Assembly (NCBI GenBank): GCA_022842945.1
Contig: JALHOO010000001.1
Location: 221,830-285,829, forward strand
Origin: Minisyncoccota bacterium
GTDB lineage: Bacteria; Patescibacteriota; Minisyncoccia; Phycocordibacterales; Phycocordibacteraceae
Length of the DNA: 64,000 nucleotides
Reading direction: 5' to 3'
Shown here: positions 46,227-54,699 of the stretch, in pieces
Layout: every line of letters starts with the position of its first letter
Numbering within the stretch: the stretch's first letter is position 1
Notes under the pieces: model-generated
Databases searched by the model: none
Seen by the model: only the letters and a program-made list of their open reading frames with translations
Told to the model about the DNA's origin: nothing
Made by a program: the position numbers and the translations under genes

Positions 46227-47483
46227 TTACGGTTCGTTTCGAACCGTTACCTTTATCTTCGCTGGGTCTGCCGGGAACGAACGGTTCCAGAAAGGACGAA
46301 GGATAGAGTCTGCGCGGTCTACTTCTGGGAATCCAGAGAGAATAGTCCTTGCGGACTCCGCTGACTTCCCTGACACTGCCCCTGCAATACGGCTTGAATC
46401 AACGATCCAGAGGATTGTCGTGTTGCCGGCAAGAGAGAATGCGAACTCCGTTACCCCTGGGGTTGGAAGATCCCCTACCGGGGTAAGGGTAAGGCCAGAA
46501 ACATCTGATAGAACCACGCTCTGGCCGCTATAGGACCCAACAACCTGATACGCAATGCTGCGTGCGAGGCTTGCTGAAGGAAATACAGTAGCAACGGCAA
46601 TTGCCTTCTCTGAAAGCTCAACCTTTCCACCGGCTGCCGCCACGTCAGGCTGTGCCTCATACGACACACGGCTGGCTCCAGGAATAAGCACGTAGCCTTC
46701 TGGTACCCCGGCCTGAAGTGCGGCATCAATGCCCCCAGAGAGTTCTGCACGAAGTTCTGCTGCCGTCTTTTCACGTGTAGCAGTTCCAACACTTGGGCGC
46801 GGTCCCGCAAACCCGCCCTTCATAGCTTCTGCAGAGCGGGCGGTAACGAGCGTGAAAGTAGCTCCTCCCGCAAGACCCGGAAGCGTGAACGAGGTAGGAC
46901 CTACGTTGTACGACTCTCCCGTAGCGTCCGCATATACCGTAGTTTCAAGGCTTCCGGGAGTCCCGTTGCGACTTGCAGGAACGGTAACTGAGTCCCGAAT
47001 ACGGAAGATAAGCCCGTCTGGAGTCTCAAAGCGCGTGTTCTTGATGAGTTGCTGAGGAACATCCTGCTTGTTCTCAATAGTGATAGTTCCCTGTGCGGAC
47101 TGGTTAACAGTCTCCGTACCTTCGCTTTCAACTGAAGCACTCGCAACCTTCTCAACCGTAATAACCTCAAACGCAAGATCCCCTGCCCCTGCGGTCGCGA
47201 TGAATTCGCCTGTTACAGTGCTCCTGTTTTCGGTTGCCGTTACGGTAACCTCAGCTCCAGAAAACGCAAAGAGTGCTCCAACCGATATGAGCACAACGAG
47301 ACCTGCAACAATTGCCGTGCCCATAGGAAACGAGCGCCTGCGACGGGCTGGTGGCTGCGGACGAGCGTAGCTCGGGCGTTCAGGCGGGAGACCTCCTGAA
47401 GAGGTGTAGGTGGGAACATCTTCAGCGCCCTCCATAGTGCGGCGTCGGGACGGCGGGATGATATCGTTCAGGTTCTTTTGCAT
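46227..47483 (-). CDS. membrane-anchored extracytoplasmic hypothetical protein
   Basis: Pro/Arg-rich cytoplasmic N-terminus, one TM helix (AIVAGLVVLISVGALFAF) and a large beta-rich ectodomain. Confidence 0.5.
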   Translation of the reverse strand: MQKNLNDIIPPSRRRTMEGAEDVPTYTSSGGLPPERPSYARPQPPARRRRSFPMGTAIVAGLVVLISVGALFAFSGAEVTVTATENRSTVTGEFIATAGAGDLAFEVITVEKVASASVESEGTETVNQSAQGTITIENKQDVPQQLIKNTRFETPDGLIFRIRDSVTVPASRNGTPGSLETTVYADATGESYNVGPTSFTLPGLAGGATFTLVTARSAEAMKGGFAGPRPSVGTATREKTAAELRAELSGGIDAALQAGVPEGYVLIPGASRVSYEAQPDVAAAGGKVELSEKAIAVATVFPSASLARSIAYQVVGSYSGQSVVLSDVSGLTLTPVGDLPTPGVTEFAFSLAGNTTILWIVDSSRIAGAVSGKSAESARTILSGFPEVDRADSILRPFWNRSFPADPAKIKVTVRNEP

Positions 47484-47570
47484 AAAACGGTAAAAAGCCT
47501 CGAATGAATGGTATGGGGATAAGTATACACCGTATACAAAGTACTCGATGGAGCTGCGGGTATAACCCTC

Positions 47571-48770
47571 CTACTTCTCCTCAATACGTGCAACAAAGAG
47601 CGCGAGGAGGGCCATGTACAGATCGCCCGTTCCCTGCCCTCGGGTTTTAACGTGTGCAGCGAGATGCGCAGGTTCAAGCGCGATTATGGAAAGAGGCTCG
47701 TCCATAAGCCAAAGCGACTTGAGCTCTCTCTCGTCAAGAATGCGCTTTATATACGGACGCACTTCCGTGTCCGCGAGCAAGAAGATGGTACGAGGAAGCG
47801 CTTCCTTTGTAGAGAACCGTAAGAATGCAGCATGCAGACTCGCTATCCAACCTTTCTGTATCTCCTCACATGCCTTCTCGAATTCCTCGTTAACGGGCTC
47901 TGGAATGAGTGCATCAGAGTCTGTATGGGTACGTGCCCCTGCCGCACGAACCTTAGAGCACAGCTCATGGGTTCCTAAGGGAATGGCAACAACAGCAGAC
48001 AGAAGGCCACGCTTAACCATAACCATGTCGGTACCACTTGCTGAAACATCAAGCACAATGAAATCTTCCTGGTGCGGGTAGAGACCTTTAAATACCTCAT
48101 ACACTATGGGTGCAAAAGCGGTTATGTGTAGGTCATGTGTATGGAATGTGCGTCGTAGAGAGGTTTCAATCTGGTGTGCAGCCTCTTTCTCAAGCGTTGA
48201 CGTAAGCAAGACAATCTCAGCCCGGGACACATATCTTCCATAGGGATGCTTAGTGTCGTACCCATTAAGCATGCTTGCGATAACACTCTGCCCGCTTAGT
48301 ATGCGACCCTGCTGAAGCTTCGGAACCCTGCGCTCTGCCTCAGCCAGGTGCCGATGGGTAAATATAAAGGATTTCCCGGTATTAAACTGGGTAATCGAGA
48401 CAATACTTTGCTGCCATGGCGCTGAAACGGAGACAAGAATGTGGTCTATCGCTGCACTACCCGTTTCCCTGCGCAAGGCTGGCGCACCCTCTTCAATCAT
48501 AAGTCGCTCAAGAAAGACCAGGGAGCGCATCATACTGTCACGGATGTCCTCCTCCTCGCGTACCTCAACCTCAACTCGTGCGGTGTAGTAGATGATAGGT
48601 TTTTCTCCATCCACCACATACACATACGCCCCGCCTACAGACGAGGAGCCGATATCGATAAGTGCGACGATGCGCGCTTTCTTTTTTCCCCACGAAAAAA
48701 GACCCATATAGATGGAGTATAGCAGTCTAGTACGCACTATGAGAGTGCTGTGTTGGTTTGATTTGTACAA
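47571..48770 (-). CDS. actin-like ATPase (FtsA/PilM/MreB superfamily), orphan
   Basis: Phosphate-1 motif ALIDIGSSSVGG near the N-terminus; a more likely start is the internal Met at about 48707. Confidence 0.45.
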   Translation of the reverse strand: MYKSNQHSTLIVRTRLLYSIYMGLFSWGKKKARIVALIDIGSSSVGGAYVYVVDGEKPIIYYTARVEVEVREEEDIRDSMMRSLVFLERLMIEEGAPALRRETGSAAIDHILVSVSAPWQQSIVSITQFNTGKSFIFTHRHLAEAERRVPKLQQGRILSGQSVIASMLNGYDTKHPYGRYVSRAEIVLLTSTLEKEAAHQIETSLRRTFHTHDLHITAFAPIVYEVFKGLYPHQEDFIVLDVSASGTDMVMVKRGLLSAVVAIPLGTHELCSKVRAAGARTHTDSDALIPEPVNEEFEKACEEIQKGWIASLHAAFLRFSTKEALPRTIFLLADTEVRPYIKRILDERELKSLWLMDEPLSIIALEPAHLAAHVKTRGQGTGDLYMALLALFVARIEEK

Positions 48771-49630
48771 ACCTGTACTCTAGGGATATGCGAACGGTTT
48801 CAAAGAAAGTACTCAGTATCGCTCTCATGAGTGTAGCGGCCATGCTTGGCGGAGCGCTCTTGCTCTACGTCTCTTCTAGCGGAGAAGCACAAACACTTCT
48901 TGAAGAATACGCATCCATACCTCCCGCAGAGTCTCCTCTTGAGACGGGTCCTCCCACTTATGTTGAGATTATGGAGTCCTGCGGGGCCTTGTTTGAAGGA
49001 GACTGCGTGCATGTACGCATTGATCCTAATGTCACTGCTCCGTCCTATATGCAAGCACGTGCGGGCATGGTGCTTCCTGTTGCCAAAGAGATCGTTACGG
49101 ACGACTCCGGAAGAGCATGGTACCGCGTACAGTTTACGGAGTGGCTACGCTATGCAGATCGTGTACCTAAAGACCTCTATATCGCAGAAGAGTTTGTAGT
49201 GCCCGTGTACAACCCGGTATCTGAAATACTTCCTACGGTTGGTGCGCAGGAAACTAATAAGCGTATTGTGGTGGATCGCTCTGAACAGACGCTATATGCG
49301 TATGAAGGAGATGAGCTCTATATGCAGACTACTATCTCAACGGGACTGGACCTAAGTCCAACACCCCGCGGTACGTTCACAGTCTTTAGAAAGACACCGA
49401 GTCGCTATATGCAGGGTCCTCTGCCTGGTATATCAGATCAGTACTATGATCTTCCAGGTGTGCCGTGGACGCTCTACTTTACGGAAGATGGCGGAGCCAT
49501 ACATGGTGCGTACTGGCATAACGACTTTGGTGCACAGCGATCTCATGGGTGTGTAAATGTGCCGCTTAGTCTTGCAAGAAAGCTGTACGAGTGGGCTCCG
49601 GTTGGGACATTAGTTGTTGTACGGGATTAG
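48758..49630 (+). CDS. L,D-transpeptidase (YkuD domain)
   Basis: N-terminal TM anchor; catalytic HGxxxxxxxxSHGC motif (HNDFGAQRSHGCVNVP). Confidence 0.7.
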   Translation: MICTNLYSRDMRTVSKKVLSIALMSVAAMLGGALLLYVSSSGEAQTLLEEYASIPPAESPLETGPPTYVEIMESCGALFEGDCVHVRIDPNVTAPSYMQARAGMVLPVAKEIVTDDSGRAWYRVQFTEWLRYADRVPKDLYIAEEFVVPVYNPVSEILPTVGAQETNKRIVVDRSEQTLYAYEGDELYMQTTISTGLDLSPTPRGTFTVFRKTPSRYMQGPLPGISDQYYDLPGVPWTLYFTEDGGAIHGAYWHNDFGAQRSHGCVNVPLSLARKLYEWAPVGTLVVVRD

Positions 49631-50030
49631 TAGGCACTTCGAGACGATATTGGAGCCTCTATGTGTTCGTGATACGTTTCTCGAAGAGTTGAAAGGGTTG
49701 AACATGCTCAGAGAACAAGAAGTTGCCTTGCAACAGATTGATGCCATACGCAAACAAGCGGCACGTAGCCTTACTGAGTTTCTAGAGTCAGGATTCGTAG
49801 GCTCAACAGACGAGGTCATATTCAGCAAGACAGTAGAGGCGTTTGTGCAGTTCTGCGGGGTTTCGGCTGAGGAGCTCGCAGAAGAATGGGCAATGCAACC
49901 AGCAACGGTACGCCGGTACATGCAGGACGGGGCACACTGCCCGATTAATATGCGTCCATACCGTCTCGGCTTAATCCTTACGCGTCTTAAGGGACGGACA
50001 AATAATGTTGTGTATCTTAATAGCCCTTAG
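49614..50030 (+). CDS. hypothetical protein (outermost gene of array IV; start probably near 49704)
   Basis: GAAAGGG RBS before the internal Met MLREQEV...; terminator hairpin ATAGCCCttagtcgGGGCTAT downstream. Confidence 0.4.
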   Translation: MLYGISRHFETILEPLCVRDTFLEELKGLNMLREQEVALQQIDAIRKQAARSLTEFLESGFVGSTDEVIFSKTVEAFVQFCGVSAEELAEEWAMQPATVRRYMQDGAHCPINMRPYRLGLILTRLKGRTNNVVYLNSP

Positions 50031-50044
50031 TCGGGGCTATTCTT
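50020..50044 (+). terminator. terminator hairpin ATAGCCC-ttagtcg-GGGCTAT plus TCTTTT
   Basis: 7-bp stem plus T-tract, 1 nt before repeat A12. Confidence 0.45.
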
Positions 50045-50045
50045 T

Positions 50046-50073
50046 TGCTGGCAGCCTGGGACGACGTTGGAAC
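50046..50073 (+). repeat. A-type cassette repeat, copy A12 (tgctggcagCctgggacgAcgttggaac)
   Basis: Two mismatches. Confidence 0.9.
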
Positions 50074-50075
50074 CC

Positions 50076-50417
50076 TTACCCTTCAACTTCGTACTGTTCA
50101 GGGTTCCATGCCGGGGTGCACGCAATGATGAGAACGAGCCTTCCGTCCCACCACACCCGCTCTCCTTTCTCAATTAGAACCACGTCCCCTTTCTTGAGAG
50201 GAATCGTTTCATTATTGACAGTTACGTTTCCTTCCCCTTCTTGGACATATACCAACTCTGAAACGGCTTTATTAATCGCACTTCCTTCTAAGGGGTACCG
50301 ACCGGTTATCTCTATGCGTGCCAGATTAATGTCAGGCTCCCCTGTCTGGTATTCAAAGGCTATGCAGGAGGATGCGTTCTCGAATCTTTTTGCATCAGTT
50401 CCGCATACGATTTTCAT
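50076..50417 (-). CDS. cupin domain protein (cassette gene, array IV)
   Basis: Cupin beta-barrel motifs; 113 aa; bounded by repeats A12 and A13. Confidence 0.5.
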   Translation of the reverse strand: MKIVCGTDAKRFENASSCIAFEYQTGEPDINLARIEITGRYPLEGSAINKAVSELVYVQEGEGNVTVNNETIPLKKGDVVLIEKGERVWWDGRLVLIIACTPAWNPEQYEVEG

Positions 50418-50436
50418 CTACTTATTCTAGCAATAT

Positions 50437-50464
50437 TGCTGGCAGTCTGGGACGATGTTGGAAC
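50437..50464 (+). repeat. A-type cassette repeat, copy A13 (exact consensus)
   Basis: tgctggcagtctgggacgatgttggaac. Confidence 0.9.
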
Positions 50465-50513
50465 TCATATACAAGAGTGTTATGGTTTTCTCCAGACCAG
50501 AACGGAGAACGAC

Positions 50514-50654
50514 ATGACCACCCCTTTGCGTCCCACCGGAGCAAAATCCGACAGGGACATTACTGACGCATTCGGCAAGTTTGCCTTGGAGCTTCCTGGT
50601 GCGAAACGTATTTTGCGTGTACCGACAAGTGCGCCGAAAGACCAGAAACGTTGA
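50514..50654 (+). CDS. small hypothetical protein, 46 aa (cassette gene, array IV)
   Basis: GGAGAA RBS then ATG; terminator CCCCCGATggaaacgTCGGGGG plus CTTTCTT downstream. The ORF-track version 50436..50654 starts inside the repeat. Confidence 0.35.
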   Translation: MTTPLRPTGAKSDRDITDAFGKFALELPGAKRILRVPTSAPKDQKR

Positions 50655-50712
50655 ATGCTTCACAAACCAGTTGCTTACCCCCGATGGAAACGTCGGGGGC
50701 TTTCTTAAAAAT

Positions 50713-50738
50713 CCTGCTGTCTGGAACAATGTTGGAAC
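50713..50738 (+). repeat. A-type repeat variant, copy A14 (cctgctgtctggaacaatgttggaac)
   Basis: Belongs to the AACAATG subfamily together with A15 and A16; 2-nt shorter left arm. Confidence 0.75.
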
Positions 50739-50780
50739 TTCCATTAGAAATGGCCGGCACCTTGCGAGTGCCGGCCAAGA

Positions 50781-50978
50781 TCAAAAGAATGATTTGTGTT
50801 GATTGACTATTATGGACGCAAGAATGCATCCGCGACGGTCTTGGCGATATCGAGCGGAACCCCTCGATCGAGGTTCTTTCCGATAAGACGCTTGTACCGG
50901 TTGGTTCTGCGCCAGGGCTTGGTAGCTGGTGCTGCTTTCACATGCATAGGAATCTCCAGAAATGAGCGGTATGCCCAC
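50781..50978 (-). CDS. small hypothetical protein (cassette gene, array IV; GTG start)
   Basis: 65-aa ORF. A minus-strand hairpin GGCCGGCACtcgcaagGTGCCGGCC follows immediately downstream of its stop. Confidence 0.25.
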   Translation of the reverse strand: MGIPLISGDSYACESSTSYQALAQNQPVQASYRKEPRSRGSARYRQDRRGCILASIIVNQHKSFF

Positions 50979-51040
50979 TCTTAGGAACTAACCTCAACAA
51001 TCTAAGGTTTCTTCTTAAATACTGTGCTAGGTATGGAGAT

Positions 51041-51068
51041 TGCCAGCTGTCTGGAACAATGTTGGAAC
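51041..51068 (+). repeat. A-type repeat variant, copy A15 (tgccagctgtctggaacaatgttggaac)
   Basis: CCAGCTG and AACAATG variant. Confidence 0.85.
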
Positions 51069-51069
51069 C

Positions 51070-51573
51070 CTATTCCTTTCTAGGGAATGAGTGCAGCCAA
51101 GAAATAAGACGCTCTAGTGGTACGGTACGGTCCTTCTGTTCAGTCTTAAAGCAACGAGGTACAAGCGAGACTGGTACGGTGTAGACACGCTCTTCGGACT
51201 CAGAAAGATACGCCTTTCTCTGCTCAACAAACAAACAGTTTGGATAGTCTTGGCCTTCCCATACCTTCTCAAAAGAGCTCTCCTGACTCCGGTACGCAAG
51301 TATTTCTACCCCTCCTCCTTCTCGGCTGCTTGCAGAGAATGCATAATACTCTGCGTCCTTTGCCTTGAGAGAAAGATCTGTCTCTGGCGGCAATTCTAGT
51401 TCTTGCTTGGCCTTCTCAAGTACGGCAGAAAAACCTTCAGTTTGACTCATCTCTTCTGCATTTGCCCGGGCACTCGCCTCAAGCGATTCGGTGCTTTTGG
51501 GGGTTAGGAGGAAAATAGCTGCTGCCAATGTTAGTACGAAGATTCCTATTGCAAGGTTTCCGTGCGCTTTCAT
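51070..51573 (-). CDS. secreted hypothetical protein (cassette gene, array IV)
   Basis: Signal peptide MKAHGNLAIGIFVLTLAAAIFLL; 167 aa; bounded by repeats A15 and A16. Confidence 0.5.
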   Translation of the reverse strand: MKAHGNLAIGIFVLTLAAAIFLLTPKSTESLEASARANAEEMSQTEGFSAVLEKAKQELELPPETDLSLKAKDAEYYAFSASSREGGGVEILAYRSQESSFEKVWEGQDYPNCLFVEQRKAYLSESEERVYTVPVSLVPRCFKTEQKDRTVPLERLISWLHSFPRKE

Positions 51574-51606
51574 GCTTTAAATTGTATCAGTTGTGTATAC
51601 CTTTAC

Positions 51607-51634
51607 TGCCAGCTGTCTGGAACAATGTTGGAAT
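51607..51634 (+). repeat. A-type repeat variant, copy A16 (tgccagctgtctggaacaatgttggaaT)
   Basis: Same subfamily as A15. Confidence 0.85.
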
Positions 51635-51683
51635 CCTCCAGGCACAGTGCTATTATCGGCCTAGGCAGAACAAGGAGCCTCAA

Positions 51684-51917
51684 GTGGTACATGAATCAAC
51701 ATTCACCTTCGTGAGTGCGGACGGCCAGAGAATCGAGGCCAACCGCAGGACCAACCCTGATGGCTCTGTCGGAGGATGGGTTGCTGGAAACGCTGACGTG
51801 CATCCGACTGCGATCATCAATGTCGACGCAATTGTCGAGCCTGGCGCTATCGTGGGCGAGAACGAGCATCTCGCCGCAGGAGAGACCAAGAGCGGCGACG
51901 GGTGGACGAACGCGTAA
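51684..51917 (+). CDS. small left-handed beta-helix (hexapeptide-repeat) protein (cassette gene, array IV)
   Basis: AAGGAG RBS 6 nt before a GTG in frame with the track ORF; hexapeptide periodicity IINVDA/IVEPGA/IVGENE/HLAAGE; terminator GGGCAGTCGGAC..GTCCGACTGCCC downstream. Confidence 0.45.
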   Translation: MVHESTFTFVSADGQRIEANRRTNPDGSVGGWVAGNADVHPTAIINVDAIVEPGAIVGENEHLAAGETKSGDGWTNA

Positions 51918-51963
51918 GAATAGGGGCAGTCGGACGAATCTTGTCCGACTGCCCTTTCTTAAT

Positions 51964-51991
51964 TGCTGGGGGTCTGGGACGATGTTGGAAC
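51964..51991 (+). repeat. A-type cassette repeat, copy A17 (tgctggGGgtctgggacgatgttggaac)
   Basis: Same GG variant as A5 in array II. Confidence 0.9.
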
Positions 51992-52360
51992 CGTCTTGAC
52001 ACTCCACAGACAGGTGTATACTTAACAGTGGAAGTAAGGGAGGACATCAAACGAGACTCTCGGCCCAACAGCCGGGACCAGGCCATCCTTCGAGAAGTCA
52101 CGCTAAATGCTTCGGCAGCCATAGAGGGTTCCAGCCCCGTAAGCGGTACAACTTCAAAGAAGGTCTGAGTAAGCTTGTGCAAGTGCGCACATGTACAAGC
52201 CCAACACGGGTGGTTCTGCTTAAGCCGTTAGGCGTCAGCAAGTAGAGTTGGGTTTCGACCCAATGAACCGGTTCTCACTTTTGAGCTGCCATCCAAGCCT
52301 AAGCCCTTTCTTCCAACTTTTCTTTCAGGCCACCTCTCGGGGTGGTCTTTCTCTTTAGAT

Positions 52361-52388
52361 TGCTGGCAGTCTGGGACGACGTTAGAAC
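52361..52388 (+). repeat. A-type cassette repeat, copy A18 (tgctggcagtctgggacgAcgttAgaac)
   Basis: Two mismatches; preceded by a terminator GGCCACCtctcgGGGTGGTC plus TTTCTCTTT. Confidence 0.85.
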
Positions 52389-52392
52389 TTTA

Positions 52393-52698
52393 CTACGCCT
52401 TAACGATGGTTTTCTTAACAGACTCAACAAATAGTCTAAAAGCAGGACGGTCTTCTTTCTCGTATACAACCTTAACTCCAAGCAGGTGTTGCCTAGGGCA
52501 AGAAAGATCTTTTCTCGCGATAGAAACCTTCGGGTCCCGTATTCTGTCCAAGTACAGCCTTCTTAATGCGCCTGGACCATCTTTCTGGTACCGGCAGATT
52601 TCCACGCCGCACTTCTCGCATGTAATAGCGAGTAAACGAGAATATCCCCCGCGGCTTCTGCGGAATTTATCGTTCTTAAACTTCTCGCTCATACGCAA
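52393..52698 (-). CDS. Cys-rich zinc-ribbon-like small protein (cassette gene, array IV)
   Basis: CEKCGVEIC ... CPRQH, a four-Cys arrangement; basic; 101 aa. Confidence 0.4.
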   Translation of the reverse strand: MRMSEKFKNDKFRRSRGGYSRLLAITCEKCGVEICRYQKDGPGALRRLYLDRIRDPKVSIARKDLSCPRQHLLGVKVVYEKEDRPAFRLFVESVKKTIVKA

Positions 52699-52716
52699 AG
52701 GTTAGCACAGCGATAT

Positions 52717-52739
52717 TGCTGGCAGACTAGGGACCGAAC
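52717..52739 (+). repeat. B-type junction repeat, copy B4 (tgctggcagactagggaccgaac)
   Basis: Directly abuts the TAG stop (plus-strand CTA at 52740-52742) of alaS. Confidence 0.8.
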
Positions 52740-54656
52740 CTACACCAACACCGCCTTGATACGGCGCACTCCAGACGCAACCGCCTCTTCCTTCTGTATC
52801 TTGAACCTGCGGTCCTCAGCGTGGATCTCGCTGGTATTCGCTACGTGCGGGCCTCCACAGAACTCAAGAGAGAACGCGTTTGGAATATCAGGATTCTCTT
52901 CAGTTGCGTGTATAGGGCCAACTGAGTACACCGACACCATGTCTGGATACTTAACCCCGAACTCCATCTCTGCACCAAGCTTCTCTGCTTCCTCGCGAGG
53001 CATAACAGAACGCGTAACCGGAAGATCCTGATATATGATGTCGTTCACAATCTTTTCAACCTCAGCCTTCTGCTCGTCCGTCATCTTTCCAGGCGACGCA
53101 AAGTCTATACGAAGACGTTCAGAGGTTATGTTGGAGCCTCTCTGCTTAACTTCTGGCCCCAAGACCATTTGCAAAGCCTTAAGAAGAATGTGGTGTGTGG
53201 TGTGGTAGCGGACGGTTTGTTCTGCATGGTCGGCAAGACCTCCTGCAAAGCGCTGGGCACCCCCTGCACGGGATGTCTCCTGGTGTTTCTTCATAAGCTC
53301 CATAACCGCCGTAAGATCAATTTCAATCTCACGCTCCTTTGCAATCTCTTCTGTAAGCTCAATAGGAAAGCCATAGGTAGTGAAGAGGGTAAACACGTCT
53401 TCCGGTGTAATAGCCCCTTTAGAAACGAGCTTCTCAAGCTCTCGAAGTCCTGTGGTGAGAGTCTTGCGGAACTTCTCTTCCTCCTTCGCTATCTCCTCAC
53501 GTATCTTGTCCGCGTTTTGTGCTACATGCGGATAGTGATCGGCATACACGTCGCCGTATCCCTTCGCTACGTCAGCGAGTACTGCGTCATGAATACCCAG
53601 GCGATCTGATTCGCGAATGGCGCGGCGTAGAAGCCTGCGAAGCACATACCCTGCCTCAGAGTTAGAAGGCACGATACCTTCAGCGAGCATGAAAGAAGCC
53701 GCGCGCATGTGGTCAAGGATGATGCGGAACGAGCGCATGGTTGCCTCGTCTGAGTGATACTTCTTTCCTGAGCGCTCCTCAATAACGGCGCGAGCAGCGT
53801 CAAAGATATCAAGCTCAAAGATGTCTGGACCAACCGTTGCCATGGTTATGCGCTCAAGTCCCCCGCCAAAATCAATATTCTTCTTCGGAAGCTCTACAAA
53901 CGAACCATCCTCCTGCTTCATGAACTGCATGAACACCGAGTTTCCAATCTCTACAAAGCGTCCACAGTCGCAGTTAGGGTGGCAATGCGCACCCCACTTC
54001 GGATCGTGCTCTGTACCAAAGTCATAGAAGATCTCTGAGTCCGGTCCCCCTGGCTCCCCTGCAGGCATGTTGCTTGGTACGCCCGAACGGCTCCACCAGT
54101 TCTTCTTCGCGTCGTATGCAAAGATGCGGTCGTTTGGTCCCATACCCTTTTCGTACCCCGCCTCCTCGCTCCCTATGTTTGAGAACTCTGCAGAGACGCC
54201 GACCTCGCCAAAAAGACGCTTCCACAGTTCAATAGCCTCCGTATCTAGAGGAATACCTGCCTCCGTGTCTTCTGCAAACACCGTTACATAGAGCCTGTTC
54301 GGGTCAATACCAAAGCCGGTTTCCTTGCTTGTGAGGAACTCAAATATCCACGGAAGCTGTTCCTGTTTGAAATAGTCGCCAAAGGACCAGTTCCCAAGCA
54401 TCTCGAAGAAGGTGGTGTGACGGTTGTCACCCACTTCTTCAATGTCTCCCGCTCGAAACGAGAGCTGCGCATTAACCACACGCTTACCTTCTGGGTGGTC
54501 CTCACCGAGAAAATACGGCAAGAGTGGCTGCATGCCGCTTGAGGTGAAGAGGGTAGTTGGATCGTTGCCGGGGACTATGGGTGCTGACGGGATAATCACG
54601 TGCCCACGTGCCTCATAGAAAGCCAAGAACCTGCGGCGTACTTCAGATACGGTCAT
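52740..54656 (-). CDS. alaS: alanyl-tRNA synthetase (short form, 638 aa)
   Basis: N-terminal class II AlaRS catalytic core (FLAFYEARGHVIIPSAPIVPGNDPTTLFTSSGMQ) and editing-domain HxxxH (TTHHILLKALQ). It lacks the long C-terminal extension of typical bacterial AlaRS. Confidence 0.8.
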   Translation of the reverse strand: MTVSEVRRRFLAFYEARGHVIIPSAPIVPGNDPTTLFTSSGMQPLLPYFLGEDHPEGKRVVNAQLSFRAGDIEEVGDNRHTTFFEMLGNWSFGDYFKQEQLPWIFEFLTSKETGFGIDPNRLYVTVFAEDTEAGIPLDTEAIELWKRLFGEVGVSAEFSNIGSEEAGYEKGMGPNDRIFAYDAKKNWWSRSGVPSNMPAGEPGGPDSEIFYDFGTEHDPKWGAHCHPNCDCGRFVEIGNSVFMQFMKQEDGSFVELPKKNIDFGGGLERITMATVGPDIFELDIFDAARAVIEERSGKKYHSDEATMRSFRIILDHMRAASFMLAEGIVPSNSEAGYVLRRLLRRAIRESDRLGIHDAVLADVAKGYGDVYADHYPHVAQNADKIREEIAKEEEKFRKTLTTGLRELEKLVSKGAITPEDVFTLFTTYGFPIELTEEIAKEREIEIDLTAVMELMKKHQETSRAGGAQRFAGGLADHAEQTVRYHTTHHILLKALQMVLGPEVKQRGSNITSERLRIDFASPGKMTDEQKAEVEKIVNDIIYQDLPVTRSVMPREEAEKLGAEMEFGVKYPDMVSVYSVGPIHATEENPDIPNAFSLEFCGGPHVANTSEIHAEDRRFKIQKEEAVASGVRRIKAVLV

Positions 54657-54699
54657 AGTGGTATGACGATACCACGCTTAGACGCTCGAATAAAACCCT

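Noticed and set aside
327-52739. Reading the repeat arrays as a CRISPR array
   Set aside because: Repeat length (28 nt) is compatible, but the intervals are 250-600 bp, are highly variable, and each contains a promoter, RBS, ORF and terminator. No cas genes are present. This is not CRISPR.
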